DNA of 64,000 nt from Nitrosopumilus sp. (GTDB taxonomy: Archaea > Thermoproteota > Nitrososphaeria > Nitrososphaerales > Nitrosopumilaceae), in the NCBI GenBank assembly GCA_965223425.1, contig OZ245003.1, positions 1,472,001 through 1,536,000 on the forward strand, written 5' to 3'. This document shows positions 1 through 10,679 of the stretch, in pieces. The notes beneath the pieces are model-generated. The model worked only from the letters and a program-made list of their open reading frames with translations. It ran no database searches and was not told the origin of the DNA. Within the stretch, counting starts at the first letter, position 1, and every line of letters starts with the position of its first letter. The position numbers and the translations under genes were made by a program.

Positions 1-278
1 CTCTTGTATCCACTACAGCAGTTACAAGTTTACAGCTTCTTTTGCAAAACAAAACTTCCTTGTTTGCCAAAATTCGAATAAAAGTTGGAATTTTTCTGCA
101 GTATGAAGAATTATTTTCACAGTTAGGACATGTCCAAAAACAGTTTCATGCAAAAGGCATTTTTAAGACTCGTGAGGGCATTACGGCTTTCTGACATATT
201 GGCAACAAGTAGAAATTGTACGGATAACAGGCAGGCAGGTAACTAAATTATTATAATAAAGTAAACCAACACTGAGAG

Positions 279-704
279 ATGCCTGAGAAGATCTGGATTG
301 GAGCATTATATCTTAAAGAGGAGGGAGGATACGAGATAGTCCTAAAGTCATTAAATCATTACAAAAACAGATTAAAAACTCTGGGAGATAGCCCAGAATT
401 AAAAGACGCAGCTGCGATGTTTGCATCTGTTTTAAATCAACAAGCAAGAAAGATAGTGCCAAAAATCGATGAGACGGTTCAAAAAATTCAAGACAATTTA
501 GGAGACATTCAATCAATTAGCAAACTCAGTGAGGATGTCCCATTTTTAGAAAAAGCATTATCATGTTATGAAGCAGACATTCACAGGGCACAAGATACAG
601 GGCATGAATATTTTGTCAAACTGATAGGAAATATGATGGATGCAAAAAATGATCTAGATGCCATAAAAACAGCACTAGACAAAATAAAACAGTATTCAAA
701 ATAA
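279..704 (+). CDS. hypothetical protein
   Basis: 141 aa ORF with host-like composition; a 17-bp tandem duplication (AAAATAAAACAGTATTC x2) overlaps the stop. Confidence 0.7.
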   Translation: MPEKIWIGALYLKEEGGYEIVLKSLNHYKNRLKTLGDSPELKDAAAMFASVLNQQARKIVPKIDETVQKIQDNLGDIQSISKLSEDVPFLEKALSCYEADIHRAQDTGHEYFVKLIGNMMDAKNDLDAIKTALDKIKQYSK

Positions 705-721
705 AACAGTATTCAAAAGAA

Positions 722-952
722 TTACAGTCCTTGCAGATACCAGTCCAAATACGGTGTTAATGCCTTGCATTGTTTCTTCTTTTCAGGCTCATTTTCAGCA
801 TCCTGAATCTTTTGAATTTTTCCCTGAAGATAGTCTGAGATTAACGCACTTTTAAACAAAGGCATTATTTGGCTTAAAATCTCAAGAATTTTCTCCGAAG
901 AGGTATTCTCAAAGTTATCCAATGCCTGTCTAACCTGGTCTTCTAAAGACAT
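722..952 (-). CDS. hypothetical protein
   Basis: 76 aa ORF with ATG start. Confidence 0.6.
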   Translation of the reverse strand: MSLEDQVRQALDNFENTSSEKILEILSQIMPLFKSALISDYLQGKIQKIQDAENEPEKKKQCKALTPYLDWYLQGL

Positions 953-987
953 GTGATTCTTGAAAAAATCCCATTATTATTTGATAG

Positions 988-1215
988 TTAGAGGACATCC
1001 TCATCATCCCAAGTGAGTCGGAACTTGCCTGTAACTCTAAACATCTTAAATTTTCCCCCTTCTTTGAAATTGAGTTTGTAGGACTTGTGAGAGGTATCCT
1101 CAATTTCCAAAGTCACATCATCTTTTATGGTTTGAAAAATTATTGGATCATTTGAAATTTGTTTCCATTCATCTTCGGCAAAATCCATGTAGAATTTGGT
1201 GTATAACAATCCCAT
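988..1215 (-). CDS. hypothetical protein
   Basis: 75 aa ORF, tandem with 722..952. Confidence 0.6.
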   Translation of the reverse strand: MGLLYTKFYMDFAEDEWKQISNDPIIFQTIKDDVTLEIEDTSHKSYKLNFKEGGKFKMFRVTGKFRLTWDDEDVL

Positions 1216-1258
1216 AAATTGATTAGAAACAACACTTGAATAAATGATTAGATTAGGA

Positions 1259-1305
1259 GGTTCTGGAAGATTTTGGTGATCTGATCACTCAAATTTACCA
1301 GAACC
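1259..1305. mobile_element. 47-bp palindromic MITE with IS6-like ends (copy 1)
   Basis: GGTTCTGG...GTGATCTGATCAC...CCAGAACC hairpin; near-identical copy at 1912-1958. Confidence 0.65.
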
Positions 1306-1435
1306 ACCGTGACCCTCTTATCCATCATGGAATTGATGATATTGGATCTTCACAATCTGAGCCAATCATTTTCTTTCCTACTTGGTTCTATTTTAATTTT
1401 CGAGGTGCAACACACATGAAAACAAAACAGATCTA

Positions 1436-1911
1436 TAGTGTCGATCAAAAGTTTTTGAGAGTGAGCGACCTTCTACAGATAAACTTCATCGCATCAAGCT
1501 TGGGACGGGCTGCCCTGAAATATTCTGACACTGCATGGCGCATGTGCACAACCGTAGCATAATATTCAGATATCAGCACGTCCCGTTTTGCCTGATGCCA
1601 GTACTCCTCAACTGCACTGAGCTCAGGCGTTGCAGTCAGAAGCCATATTGTCCTGACATCGGGGTTGCCTGCCAGAAACTCTTTTACAATCCTTGCCTTG
1701 TGCTGCGGTGCGTTGTCCATGATGATTGTCACCTTGCCAAAATAACTTGTCATCTCCCTGATGTATTGTAGAACCGTCTCCTTGTCAAACTTGTCATATG
1801 TCCTAAAGAACTGCCTGCCGTCTGTCGCAATGGAGCCGCATGCCACCACCCTCCTGCCGTGCCGTCCCTTGTATGTCGTTGTGATTGGCTCCCCTTTTGG
1901 TGACCAGTACT
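1436..1911 (-). pseudogene. IS630-family transposase, C-terminal fragment
   Basis: IIMDNAPQH and PELSAVEEYW motifs; 5' part cut off by the MITE at 1912. Confidence 0.85.
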
Positions 1912-1958
1912 GATTCTGGAAGATTTTGGTGATCAGATCACTCAAATTCACCAGAACC
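1912..1958. mobile_element. 47-bp palindromic MITE with IS6-like ends (copy 2)
   Basis: Direct repeat of 1259-1305 with about 3 substitutions. Confidence 0.65.
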
Positions 1959-1967
1959 GATTAAGAT

Positions 1968-2546
1968 TTACATGTCCAAGTGATCTTTTGGCATGATTAT
2001 TCCCAAATAGCTGACAATTGCGGGGAATGTTATCTCATAATCCTTATCATGTCGGATTACCTCAAAAACATGATGAATGAGTTGTTGAATGGTTAAATGC
2101 TCATCTCGATACAAGGTTTTGTTTGGATTTTTTGTGGAATCTAAAACAGTGAACCCATTATCAGTCTGAAATAAATTTCGTAAAAGCGAGTTTGCAGTTT
2201 TTATCTTCTCGTCTACATCCTTGTGAGGATAGTCTGTACCCAGTCTTTTAATTTGAGATTTCAAATCATGAAAAGAACTATTTGTATTCCGTTCAATGTG
2301 CTGTTGGGATTTTTGTCCATAATTTTCAGTTGGGCGATAAAATTTCATATTTCCTTTGGTCAGTACAACAATGATTTCTTTTTCAAGCAAAGAATCTCTT
2401 GTTTTTTCAAATGTGGTTTTTGCCATAAATTCCGGAACGATTATCTTCAACAGTGCATTGTGATGAGAGTGCGGATTATTTTTGATACAATCTAGCAATA
2501 TCCTTTCACGCTCATATATCTCTAAAGTGGGCTCATGATGACTCAT
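1968..2546 (-). CDS. hypothetical protein, possible N-terminal winged HTH
   Basis: 192 aa ORF; palindrome TAGGTCGACCTA at 2553-2564 just upstream. Confidence 0.6.
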   Translation of the reverse strand: MSHHEPTLEIYERERILLDCIKNNPHSHHNALLKIIVPEFMAKTTFEKTRDSLLEKEIIVVLTKGNMKFYRPTENYGQKSQQHIERNTNSSFHDLKSQIKRLGTDYPHKDVDEKIKTANSLLRNLFQTDNGFTVLDSTKNPNKTLYRDEHLTIQQLIHHVFEVIRHDKDYEITFPAIVSYLGIIMPKDHLDM

Positions 2547-2854
2547 TATTACTAGGTCGACCTACATTATACAGGTCAACTATTAATCAGTATCTATACT
2601 GCCAGCTAAGCGAAATGGATCATGCTTGTTTTGTTGAGATACTAAGATCATATTTAGCAAGAAGAAATGATATGTTTTTTATGTGATCTACTCAATTTAG
2701 GCACAAATTATCGTTTTTATGATACATATTTAAAATAGTAAGAGGCTAGGTCTCTAGTACAGTCTCAGTATCTCTTCTTGAATGCTGGTGCCCCTTTTCT
2801 GCCATGTCAGCAAGCAGCTCACAAGTATGCCAAATACCTTCATGCCTGCTTCGG

Positions 2855-4228
2855 GGGGTTGTCGCCAAATTCACATCAAGCTGCCACCACCTGAATATTT
2901 CGCCTTGCGGCGCACTCTAGACGGTTTAACACTTCCAAGTTCCATCCTATTGTCTTGCACAGTCCAAACCGCCTTCTTGTGGATGTCTTTCTGAACCTGC
3001 ACAGCAACCTGTGGCCCTCTGTCTCCTCTGCTCCAAATATTCCCTCTATCATGCCTCGTTTTTTGTAGATCTCCCCGTCAAACAGCCCTGCGGCCTTTTT
3101 CCTGAACTTTTTTGTTCTGTTCACGGCATTGCCCCTCTGTTTTATGTTCGGGGTCATGCCGGCACCAAAGACAAGCCTGCAGTTCCTATCAGAATCATAC
3201 CCCCTGTCTGCGTTGAACCTGCCTGCAAAGGCAATGCCTGTCTTTTTGATCTTCTTTAGCAGCGAGGCAAAGACTGTAGTGTCTGCCATCCTGTTGGATG
3301 TGATGCGGCAGGAGAGTATGACCTGCAGGCCCAGTACCGAGGCCACGTGCCATTTCAGGTATTTCTTTTGACGCTTTGCCTCCGGTTTGTGCCTGTTTCT
3401 GGCCTTTTTTTGCACCCTTTCATACCTGTCAGTGGCAACGCCGCTGCTGTCTGATGCCAGCGTGAGATCAGAGGCATCAAATCCTGCAAGGCACGATGCT
3501 GCCGTGACGGCAATCATGTCCTCAAGCCACGCAACAGGAATCTTTTGCATGAACCTGGCAATGGTGCTGTGATCCGGCAGGGGTTCGTTCCACGGCATCC
3601 TCAGCAGGGCTGCAAGATTCTCCATGTCCCTGAATGTAAAGTCAAGGCACACCGTGAGTATGCAGAGAAATGCAAGCTTGTTTTTGTCATGTACCGGTTT
3701 GCGCCCCGCACCAGACCTTCTGGCATGTACGGGACACGGATTTTTCACAATCAAAGAAACTATATGGGACGTGAGAAAATCCAGTTCTTGGGTGTGGGCA
3801 TCGTGATAGTACTTCCAGTACTGATCACGTCTCTTATGACAATTCATTAGAGAACTCACATCCTCCCTGATCAATATGCGTGAAAAATCACAAAATTAGA
3901 TCATTTGGTCGAATTTGGCGACAACCCCCCCTGAATGTAAAGTCAAGGCACACCGTGAGTATGCAGAGAAATGCAAGCTTGTTTTTGTCATGTACCGGTT
4001 TGCGCCCCGCACCAGACCTTCTGGCATGTACGGGACACGGATTTTTCACAATCAAAGAAACTATATGGGATGTGAGAAAATCCAGTTCTTGGGTGTGGGC
4101 ATCGTGATAGTACTTCCAGTACTGATCACGTCTCTTATGGTAAGTCATTGGGAAACCCACACCTCCCTGATCAATATGCGTGAAAAATCACAAAATTAGA
4201 TCATTTGGTCGAATTTGGCGACAACCCC
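2855..4228 (-). mobile_element. IS5/IS4-like element with a duplicated 5' end
   Basis: TIR GGGGTTGTCGCCAAATTC at 2855, with inverse copies ending at 3928 and 4228; TSD CTGCTTCGG at 2846-2854 and 4229-4237. Confidence 0.85.
2876..3874 (-). CDS. IS5/IS4-superfamily DDE transposase
   Basis: PDHSTI, DSSG, ADRGYDS and YKKRGMIE motifs. Confidence 0.85.
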   Translation of the reverse strand: MIREDVSSLMNCHKRRDQYWKYYHDAHTQELDFLTSHIVSLIVKNPCPVHARRSGAGRKPVHDKNKLAFLCILTVCLDFTFRDMENLAALLRMPWNEPLPDHSTIARFMQKIPVAWLEDMIAVTAASCLAGFDASDLTLASDSSGVATDRYERVQKKARNRHKPEAKRQKKYLKWHVASVLGLQVILSCRITSNRMADTTVFASLLKKIKKTGIAFAGRFNADRGYDSDRNCRLVFGAGMTPNIKQRGNAVNRTKKFRKKAAGLFDGEIYKKRGMIEGIFGAEETEGHRLLCRFRKTSTRRRFGLCKTIGWNLEVLNRLECAARRNIQVVAA

Positions 4229-5585
4229 CTGCTTCGGTGACAAGACGCTGTCTAATCTTGCGCGATATGACGACCCGGCGAAGCATTCTTTCTGATTCGT
4301 TGTTTGTGGGATCCATTCCGGGATGCTTTAGAAACGTAAACAGGTTTGGTGTGGCCTTTTCCAGCTTGTCTCCGAACTTGCAGTCCGGACAGCCCTTGTA
4401 CGAATCCGCAATTGCCGTGCAGGAGATCACAAACGAGTCATAATGCGTGTGCGCGTCAGGCCGCAGCGCAACCTGCTTTGCATCGTGGTATAGCAAACGC
4501 AGTTTCTCATACAGCATGGTTTTTGGTTCATCATCACCATCACCATCATCCTGTTCAAATTCGGCATCACACAGTATGCGTGACCAGCACCGTTGAATCG
4601 TTCTGAAACTGTTGTATGCCGCATAACCGTCGACTGTCACGGGAATATCCCAGTGAGGAAAGTGAAGATCCAGTACGGCAGCGGCCCTGCTTCTGTCCAC
4701 ATGAATCAGTACCGCATCATCACCGATGCATACCCAGACATATCCCAGTTTGTCGTATATTGTATATGACGTCTCATCAAGTTTCAGGTATTTTGATCTG
4801 CCAATATTTTCTTTCCATGACTCTACCTCTGACTCTAACGCTCCTCCTAATGCAAACAGCGCGTTTTGTATTGTTTTTTTGCAGATTGACGTGTCATACA
4901 GGCTTGCTGCCTCCCTGATTGAGTTCAGGCTGCAGCTTTGTTTATACATCGACATGGTTATTGTCATGAGGTTCTTGCCAATCGATGTTCCGTCTATTCC
5001 GACCCGGGGCGTTGTGACATGTCCGCACCTGCAGGTGCAGTGCTGTATGACGTTGTTTGTGGATACGGTCCTTGGAATCTCCGGAATGTCGACTGTCATC
5101 TTTGTCGTGGTCTTTGTAACTGTAATGCCTTTGCTGCCGCACTTTGCGCATTTCTTTGGCCTGTGCACCGTTGTGTGACAAGGCCTTCTCTTGTGGGATG
5201 CGCCGACGTGGCCTGCCCTTGCTCCGCCCTTGTTTGGAGGGGGGGAGGGGGGGGAGGAACCGCCTTTTGCACGGTCTGCCTTTTTTCGGCGCGTGGGAAT
5301 GGAGTTTGCCGACGGCGGTGAGTGCGGATTCTCGTAGAACGCTACGCGCCTCTTTAGTTCCGCTATTGTCAAATCCTTCTCGGCTTCCCTTGCCTGTAAT
5401 TTTTTTACATCGCCTGCCAACTGGCTGACAATCTTTCGCAAGCTGTCGTTTTCAGCAAACGATTTTGCCAGAGCATCCCGTAATATCTTGATCTCCGAGT
5501 CACTCATTAGACAGAATCAGGGATCATCGAATTTGGATCAGTATGATCTAGAATGTTTGAGTTCGTGACTAACCTAGCCTCTTAC

Positions 5586-6110
5586 AACTGATATCTACAT
5601 ACATTCATTAGACAAATTGCACTGGCATGAATTGCTAGTACAGAATGGACTAGTCGGCAAAGGAAACATGAGAGTTTTAATCGGTGATGACCATATCTTT
5701 TACAAATCATTCAAAGTAGATAATTTAACACTAGTATCTATACCTCAAATAATATTGGATTTGTATAACGAAGGAAATGTATGCATTGAGGCAGGAGATA
5801 TGCTATTAGAAAAAGTGGAGAAAGATGCTTTACGAAAATTATGAGACAGAGATATCAAAAAAGAACTTGGTAACAGTATTTTCAAGAGTAACAAAACCAC
5901 TTTGTTTACTTGGGGGCTGGGCAGTTTATTTAACTGTAAATGAAAATTACAAAAAAGACAAAAGAAGAGATCATCATGGATCAAAAGACATTGACTTAGC
6001 ATCCATTTTTCAAAAAATGAATCTAAAGAACCATTAATCAGTTCTGCATTTAATCAATCTGTCAAAGCATTAGAAAGAATTGGATTTTATTCAGTTGGCT
6101 TCTGCATATC
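5586..6110 (+). pseudogene. Degraded AbiEi/AbiEii-like (type IV TA) pair
   Basis: Fragment ending VSIPQIILDL overlaps an ORF with LGGWAV...SKDIDL nucleotidyltransferase motifs that frameshifts near 6000. Confidence 0.55.
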
Positions 6111-7295
6111 TTAACTAGTAGTGTTTGTGAATCTCTTGCCTAACCAATCTGAAAATATGGTATCAACAATACGATATTTTCCATCTCGGTATTTCTCTAC
6201 AACATCCTGATTTATCAGCCTATTGATAGTTTTAGGAAGGCTAGACTGGGGTTTTCTAATTTCTGCAGCTATGGTACTGGGGTTTTCTATGTTGTTTGCC
6301 AACGCAATTAGGATCTCTTTTTCCAAATCAGAAAAAGTTTTGAAAATATTGTTAAAGTCAGGATCTAGCTGTGCTATCATTTCCGAATACGCTTTTTCAA
6401 CATCTTTTTGCAAAACTGATTTTTTATTTTTATCTAAACTATTTAGATAAATCTGTAATCCTAGCCGTTGTACATAATCTGGCAGACCTCCGCTGAGAAG
6501 AAAAATCTTTTCCAAAGATTTAGCCTCAATAGAAATTTTAACTGTTTGTAATCTCTTCTTGACAAAAGAATAAACAGATACTTTTGTTAGCGGCCCTACA
6601 CGGACTTCAATTAGCTGCTTATAAAATGGAGATTTTGCGTCATAAATCATTTGTTTCATTATCGTGGGCGCAGAACCTGAAAACACATAAGCCACACGAG
6701 ATTGTGACTGCATCAACCTTCTAAACATTCCAAGAAATTCATCTCCCCACTTTAGTAATTCTTGAAACTCATCAATCATCACTACAAATGAAATATCTTT
6801 ATCATCCCCCAGCTTTTCTGTATAGCGTAAGGCATGCTCCAATAATTCATCCTCATCAATCTTTGGCTCTCTAAATTTTGTATGAAAGGTAACAAATTCT
6901 GATACACCTATGTCAAATTCTAATAGTTTGTCTTTCACATTATCAAAATTTTCTGAGAAGATCTTTGTTATTTTTTCTTTGTAAGACTTGTCGCCGGTAT
7001 GTTCGGCATAGGAATTCAACACTTTATTCATGTAGGCCCTGCCAAATCTTTCCTTTGTTGAAATCCCATACGAGTCAAAAATTACTGGGATTGTTTTCTT
7101 GTTCTTTGACAGCTTTTCTTGAATGTTTAGTAGTATTGATGACTTGCCGGTTCTTCTAAGCCCTAGGAGAATTGCATTGTTTATGTCTCCCTTGGCAGTA
7201 CCTGAAAGTATTGCAGTAAGTTTTTTGAGCTCTTTTTTTCTATCGATAAAGTATTTTCCTGTAACTGGCTTTCCAACTATGAACGGTTGCTGCAT
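6111..7295 (-). CDS. Archaeal AAA ATPase (ATPase_2-like) with C-terminal wHTH
   Basis: FIDRKKEL, Walker A GLRRTGKS, Walker B IDEFQ; likely start MQQPF at 7295. Confidence 0.85.
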   Translation of the reverse strand: MQQPFIVGKPVTGKYFIDRKKELKKLTAILSGTAKGDINNAILLGLRRTGKSSILLNIQEKLSKNKKTIPVIFDSYGISTKERFGRAYMNKVLNSYAEHTGDKSYKEKITKIFSENFDNVKDKLLEFDIGVSEFVTFHTKFREPKIDEDELLEHALRYTEKLGDDKDISFVVMIDEFQELLKWGDEFLGMFRRLMQSQSRVAYVFSGSAPTIMKQMIYDAKSPFYKQLIEVRVGPLTKVSVYSFVKKRLQTVKISIEAKSLEKIFLLSGGLPDYVQRLGLQIYLNSLDKNKKSVLQKDVEKAYSEMIAQLDPDFNNIFKTFSDLEKEILIALANNIENPSTIAAEIRKPQSSLPKTINRLINQDVVEKYRDGKYRIVDTIFSDWLGKRFTNTTS

Positions 7296-7302
7296 GACCA
7301 AT

Positions 7303-7338
7303 ATATGCAATATTACATATATATGCATTTTTGCATAT
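7303..7338. promoter_or_regulatory. Two tandem 18-bp imperfect palindromes (putative operator)
   Basis: ATATGCAATATTACATAT followed by ATATGCATTTTTGCATAT directly upstream of the ATPase-wHTH gene. Confidence 0.5.
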
Positions 7339-7451
7339 TCACAGTGTGTTGTTTAGACTACGGTGAGCTTGAATTATGTTCGATTTGAATCCATTAGAGA
7401 TTTTATCCAATCAGAAAACTCTATTAGAGAATTGACGTAGGTATTCCCTTT

Positions 7452-9644
7452 TTATTCTTTGTCAATAAAGTCGTGTATACCAGGAGGATCCGGGGCCAAT
7501 CCCTTTCTCTTTCGGATGTCAGATACTGCTGTTGCTAGCATTGGTTTTGGAACCTCGGTCCATTCCTTGAAGGATGTATTCCATGTTGCACGTCCAGCAG
7601 TCTGGCCCCTCATCTCTTCAGACAAGGTAAACGTCTCAGAAGCTGGAATCTCACCGGTGACAATACTTGATGCGCCTTTTTGTACCATGTCAAGCACCTT
7701 ACCGCGTTTACCAGAAAGAACAGTTGCAACATTTCCAACCAGATCTGTTGGAACACGAACTTCAATTGCCAATGTTGGCTCTAAAACTGCAGTGCCTGCA
7801 GTCAGTAATGCGCCCATGCATGCCCTACGAGAAGCCGGCCCCAATTGAGACAGGCCCCTATGAGCAGTATCTTCGTGTGGAACAAAGTGAGTAAATATGA
7901 ATTTACAGTTTCTCATTTGCTCTTTACAGAGGGGTCCCTCTTTCATGACTTCATCAAATCCAGAGTTGATAGAGTCAGTAGATTCCTGGACAAACTGAAC
8001 ACCTTTTGTTCCATTAATCAAAACATTGCCACGTGAGTCAAGTTTCATAACCCTCTTAATTGTATCAGTGTCCCAGCCTGCACCCTTGAGCAAATCTGCA
8101 ACAATTTTCTTATCTTTCATATCACTGATTTCACCAGTTCTAAGCATTTGGGCAATTTCAGGCTCTAACGGCTCTACCTTCATGAAGATCTTGTTGTGTC
8201 GGTTTGGGGATTTTGACATGATTGGTTCACATCCGGCTTTTACAGTTTCTCTGTAGTTAATCAAAGGTTCAGATGTGATAATCTCTACTTTTGTGTCTTG
8301 GATTCGATGAATCGCAACGTCAAGGTGTAAAACGCCCATTCCAGCAACGATAGTCTCACCACTTTCTTGATCAATTTTTACGACAAGATTAGGATCTTCG
8401 ATGGTTAGCTGCTTGAGTACATCAACTAGCTTGGGCAAGTCTTTAGGGTGTTTTGGCTCAATTGCAACTTGAACAACGGGTTCTGAGACATACTTTACGC
8501 CCTCAAACATTGGAATGTTTTTAACAGAAGAGAGAGTGTTTCCGGCTCTGGCCTCAGTTAGTCCCAGCAATGCCGGGATGTTACCTGCACCAAGTTCTCC
8601 GACTTGTTCTCTTTGGTTTCCCATGAAAAAGTTTACAGATTGAATCCTTCCTTCCCTTTTTTCATCAATAATGTTAATGGTTTGTCCGTCTTTGATGGTA
8701 CCAGAAAAGAGTCTGCCTATGGCAACAGGTCCAGCTGCAGGATCCAGCACCATATTAACAATCATCATAATTGTCGGGCCAGTATCATCACATGCAAGCA
8801 AGGCCTTTCCAATGTCAGATTCCAGGTCGCCTTTCCAAATTTGTGGAATTCTGTATTTGACTGCTTCATGTGGGGGGGGATGGTGCTTAACAACCATTCC
8901 AAGTACTGCATCTGCCAAGGGTGCTTTTTCTACAAGATCTGCAACCTTTTCACTTTCATAAGCATCGATAACGTCTTTGAATGTAATTCCTCTTTCTTTC
9001 ATCAAATCAATGTTGATTGCCCATCTATCTTTTGCAGAGCCAAATGTAACACTAGCATCCTGAATGGATACTTTCCATTTTTCCTTGTATTCAGGTTCAG
9101 CATATGTGTCGATTAATTGATTAAAGTTTGAGACGACTTCTGCCAATTGCTGTTGCATTTTCTCAGGGGTCAATCTGAGTTCTTTGATGAGCCTGTCTAC
9201 CTTGTTGATAAATAAAACAGGTTTTACTCTTTCTTCAAGTGCCATTCTAGTTACAGTCTCAGTTTGAGTCATGATGCCTTCCACTGCATCACACACGACT
9301 ACTGCGCCGTCAATTGCCCGAAGACTGCGAATGACCCTTCCACTAAAGTCTACGTGTCCAGGGGTATCAATCATGTTAATGACATATTCCTTATCTTTGT
9401 GAGTAAAATGCAAAGTGACATTTGCCTGATAAATTGTAATTCCTCTTTGCTGCTCCTCTTTATCAAAGTCCATTGCCAGTGCCTTGCCGGCAGCAGATGG
9501 GGCGATAATACCAGAATACGCCAAGAGGCTATCACTCATGGTAGTTTTTCCGTGGTCAACGTGAGCAATAACGCCAAAGTTACGAATTTGATCCTTGTTC
9601 TTGATGATTTTAAGAACCTCACCAGTTGACTTGTATTTTACCAT
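7452..9644 (-). CDS. fusA: Archaeal elongation factor 2
   Basis: AHVDHGKTT, RGITI, DTPGHVDF, NKVD and the diphthamide loop HEDTAHRG. Confidence 0.98.
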   Translation of the reverse strand: MVKYKSTGEVLKIIKNKDQIRNFGVIAHVDHGKTTMSDSLLAYSGIIAPSAAGKALAMDFDKEEQQRGITIYQANVTLHFTHKDKEYVINMIDTPGHVDFSGRVIRSLRAIDGAVVVCDAVEGIMTQTETVTRMALEERVKPVLFINKVDRLIKELRLTPEKMQQQLAEVVSNFNQLIDTYAEPEYKEKWKVSIQDASVTFGSAKDRWAINIDLMKERGITFKDVIDAYESEKVADLVEKAPLADAVLGMVVKHHPPPHEAVKYRIPQIWKGDLESDIGKALLACDDTGPTIMMIVNMVLDPAAGPVAIGRLFSGTIKDGQTINIIDEKREGRIQSVNFFMGNQREQVGELGAGNIPALLGLTEARAGNTLSSVKNIPMFEGVKYVSEPVVQVAIEPKHPKDLPKLVDVLKQLTIEDPNLVVKIDQESGETIVAGMGVLHLDVAIHRIQDTKVEIITSEPLINYRETVKAGCEPIMSKSPNRHNKIFMKVEPLEPEIAQMLRTGEISDMKDKKIVADLLKGAGWDTDTIKRVMKLDSRGNVLINGTKGVQFVQESTDSINSGFDEVMKEGPLCKEQMRNCKFIFTHFVPHEDTAHRGLSQLGPASRRACMGALLTAGTAVLEPTLAIEVRVPTDLVGNVATVLSGKRGKVLDMVQKGASSIVTGEIPASETFTLSEEMRGQTAGRATWNTSFKEWTEVPKPMLATAVSDIRKRKGLAPDPPGIHDFIDKE

Positions 9645-9692
9645 ATCCGCAAACCCTAGCAATCAGGTATTAAACCTTAGCCTCACAAAAGA

Positions 9693-10598
9693 TCAGTAGA
9701 TCATCTGATTGCTAACGTTACGAATTTTTTTCGCAGTTACAAAATGACAATCTTTTTTTCGTTTCTTTTTGGCCTCAAAAAGGGCAAGCAGTTGAGCAAA
9801 AAATGTGCAGTATAGCATCTGAGAAATCTTCTCGGAGGGGACGCTTGGGTGAATTACATGAAGCCCGACTTTTTTGAGATTTTGTGCAAGCTGTTTGTTA
9901 TGAGAATTCTTTTCCTCAAAGATAATGACAGTGTCACCTTTTTTAGCTGAAAACAATTCCATATGAGAAAACTGCTCTATTTTTGAATAGCGCGCATCAG
10001 AACCCAGGATTTCATAAAACTTTGCAGCGCAATACATTGCCAGTGGATACGTAAACAGATTACCAAGAACAAAGATCCTCTTTGACACTTTGGATTTTTT
10101 GGCATCTATCTTTGCCTTTGAGAACAATTTTGTTTCTTTGGAAATCCGTATCCTTTGTACCAAAGAGACGCACGTCAAAGCGCTTTCCAAAAAGGAGATA
10201 CTCCCAGCAGTAAAGACATCATTGTTTGAAGCAGTCAGATGTATGATTTTGCCAGATGCCTTTGCAAGCCTGCTTTTAGGCTTGGATGTTATGGCAGTTG
10301 CCCTTTTTGCAATCTTGGCAACTTTGATGTTCGTAATGGTGTTTCCAGATATGGAGACAAAATAGACATGTTTTGATTTTGCCAGTTGCCTACTCCTGTA
10401 CAAATCAAGTGGATCCATTGCTTTTACCCTCCCGCCTGAAAATGATTCAGCAAGCATTGCAGATACTAGTGAATCCCCGCTTCCCGAAAAGAGGGTGTTT
10501 TTTTGCTGATTGGCAGATAGTGGTTTTTGCTTTTGAAATGATTTTAAAAAATTCAATTGAAGATGGATGTCTTTTTCATATGCCTCAATAGTATTCAT
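9693..10598 (-). CDS. SIS-domain sugar isomerase
   Basis: GSGDS, SISGNT and EQFSH motifs. Confidence 0.8.
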   Translation of the reverse strand: MNTIEAYEKDIHLQLNFLKSFQKQKPLSANQQKNTLFSGSGDSLVSAMLAESFSGGRVKAMDPLDLYRSRQLAKSKHVYFVSISGNTITNIKVAKIAKRATAITSKPKSRLAKASGKIIHLTASNNDVFTAGSISFLESALTCVSLVQRIRISKETKLFSKAKIDAKKSKVSKRIFVLGNLFTYPLAMYCAAKFYEILGSDARYSKIEQFSHMELFSAKKGDTVIIFEEKNSHNKQLAQNLKKVGLHVIHPSVPSEKISQMLYCTFFAQLLALFEAKKKRKKDCHFVTAKKIRNVSNQMIY

Positions 10599-10679
10599 AG
10601 TATCAAATGATTTCTGGCATATATTAGAAAAACGATTTTGTTGGTTTTGGTTTTTATTACGATAATTTTGCAGTCAATC

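Larger units (their letters stand above)
2738..5585 (-). mobile_element. IS66-family element (single TnpC), interrupted by an IS5-like element
   Basis: TIRs GTAAGAGGCTAGGT/ACCTAGCCTCTTAC; TnpC 5507->4229 (NPHSPPS, Zn finger, DET, PTNNESER) resumes at 2854->2754; no matching 8-bp TSD. Confidence 0.85.

Noticed and set aside
1-197. Cys-rich minus-strand frame at the window start
   Set aside because: Broken by a stop and a frameshift and truncated by the window edge; cannot be called.
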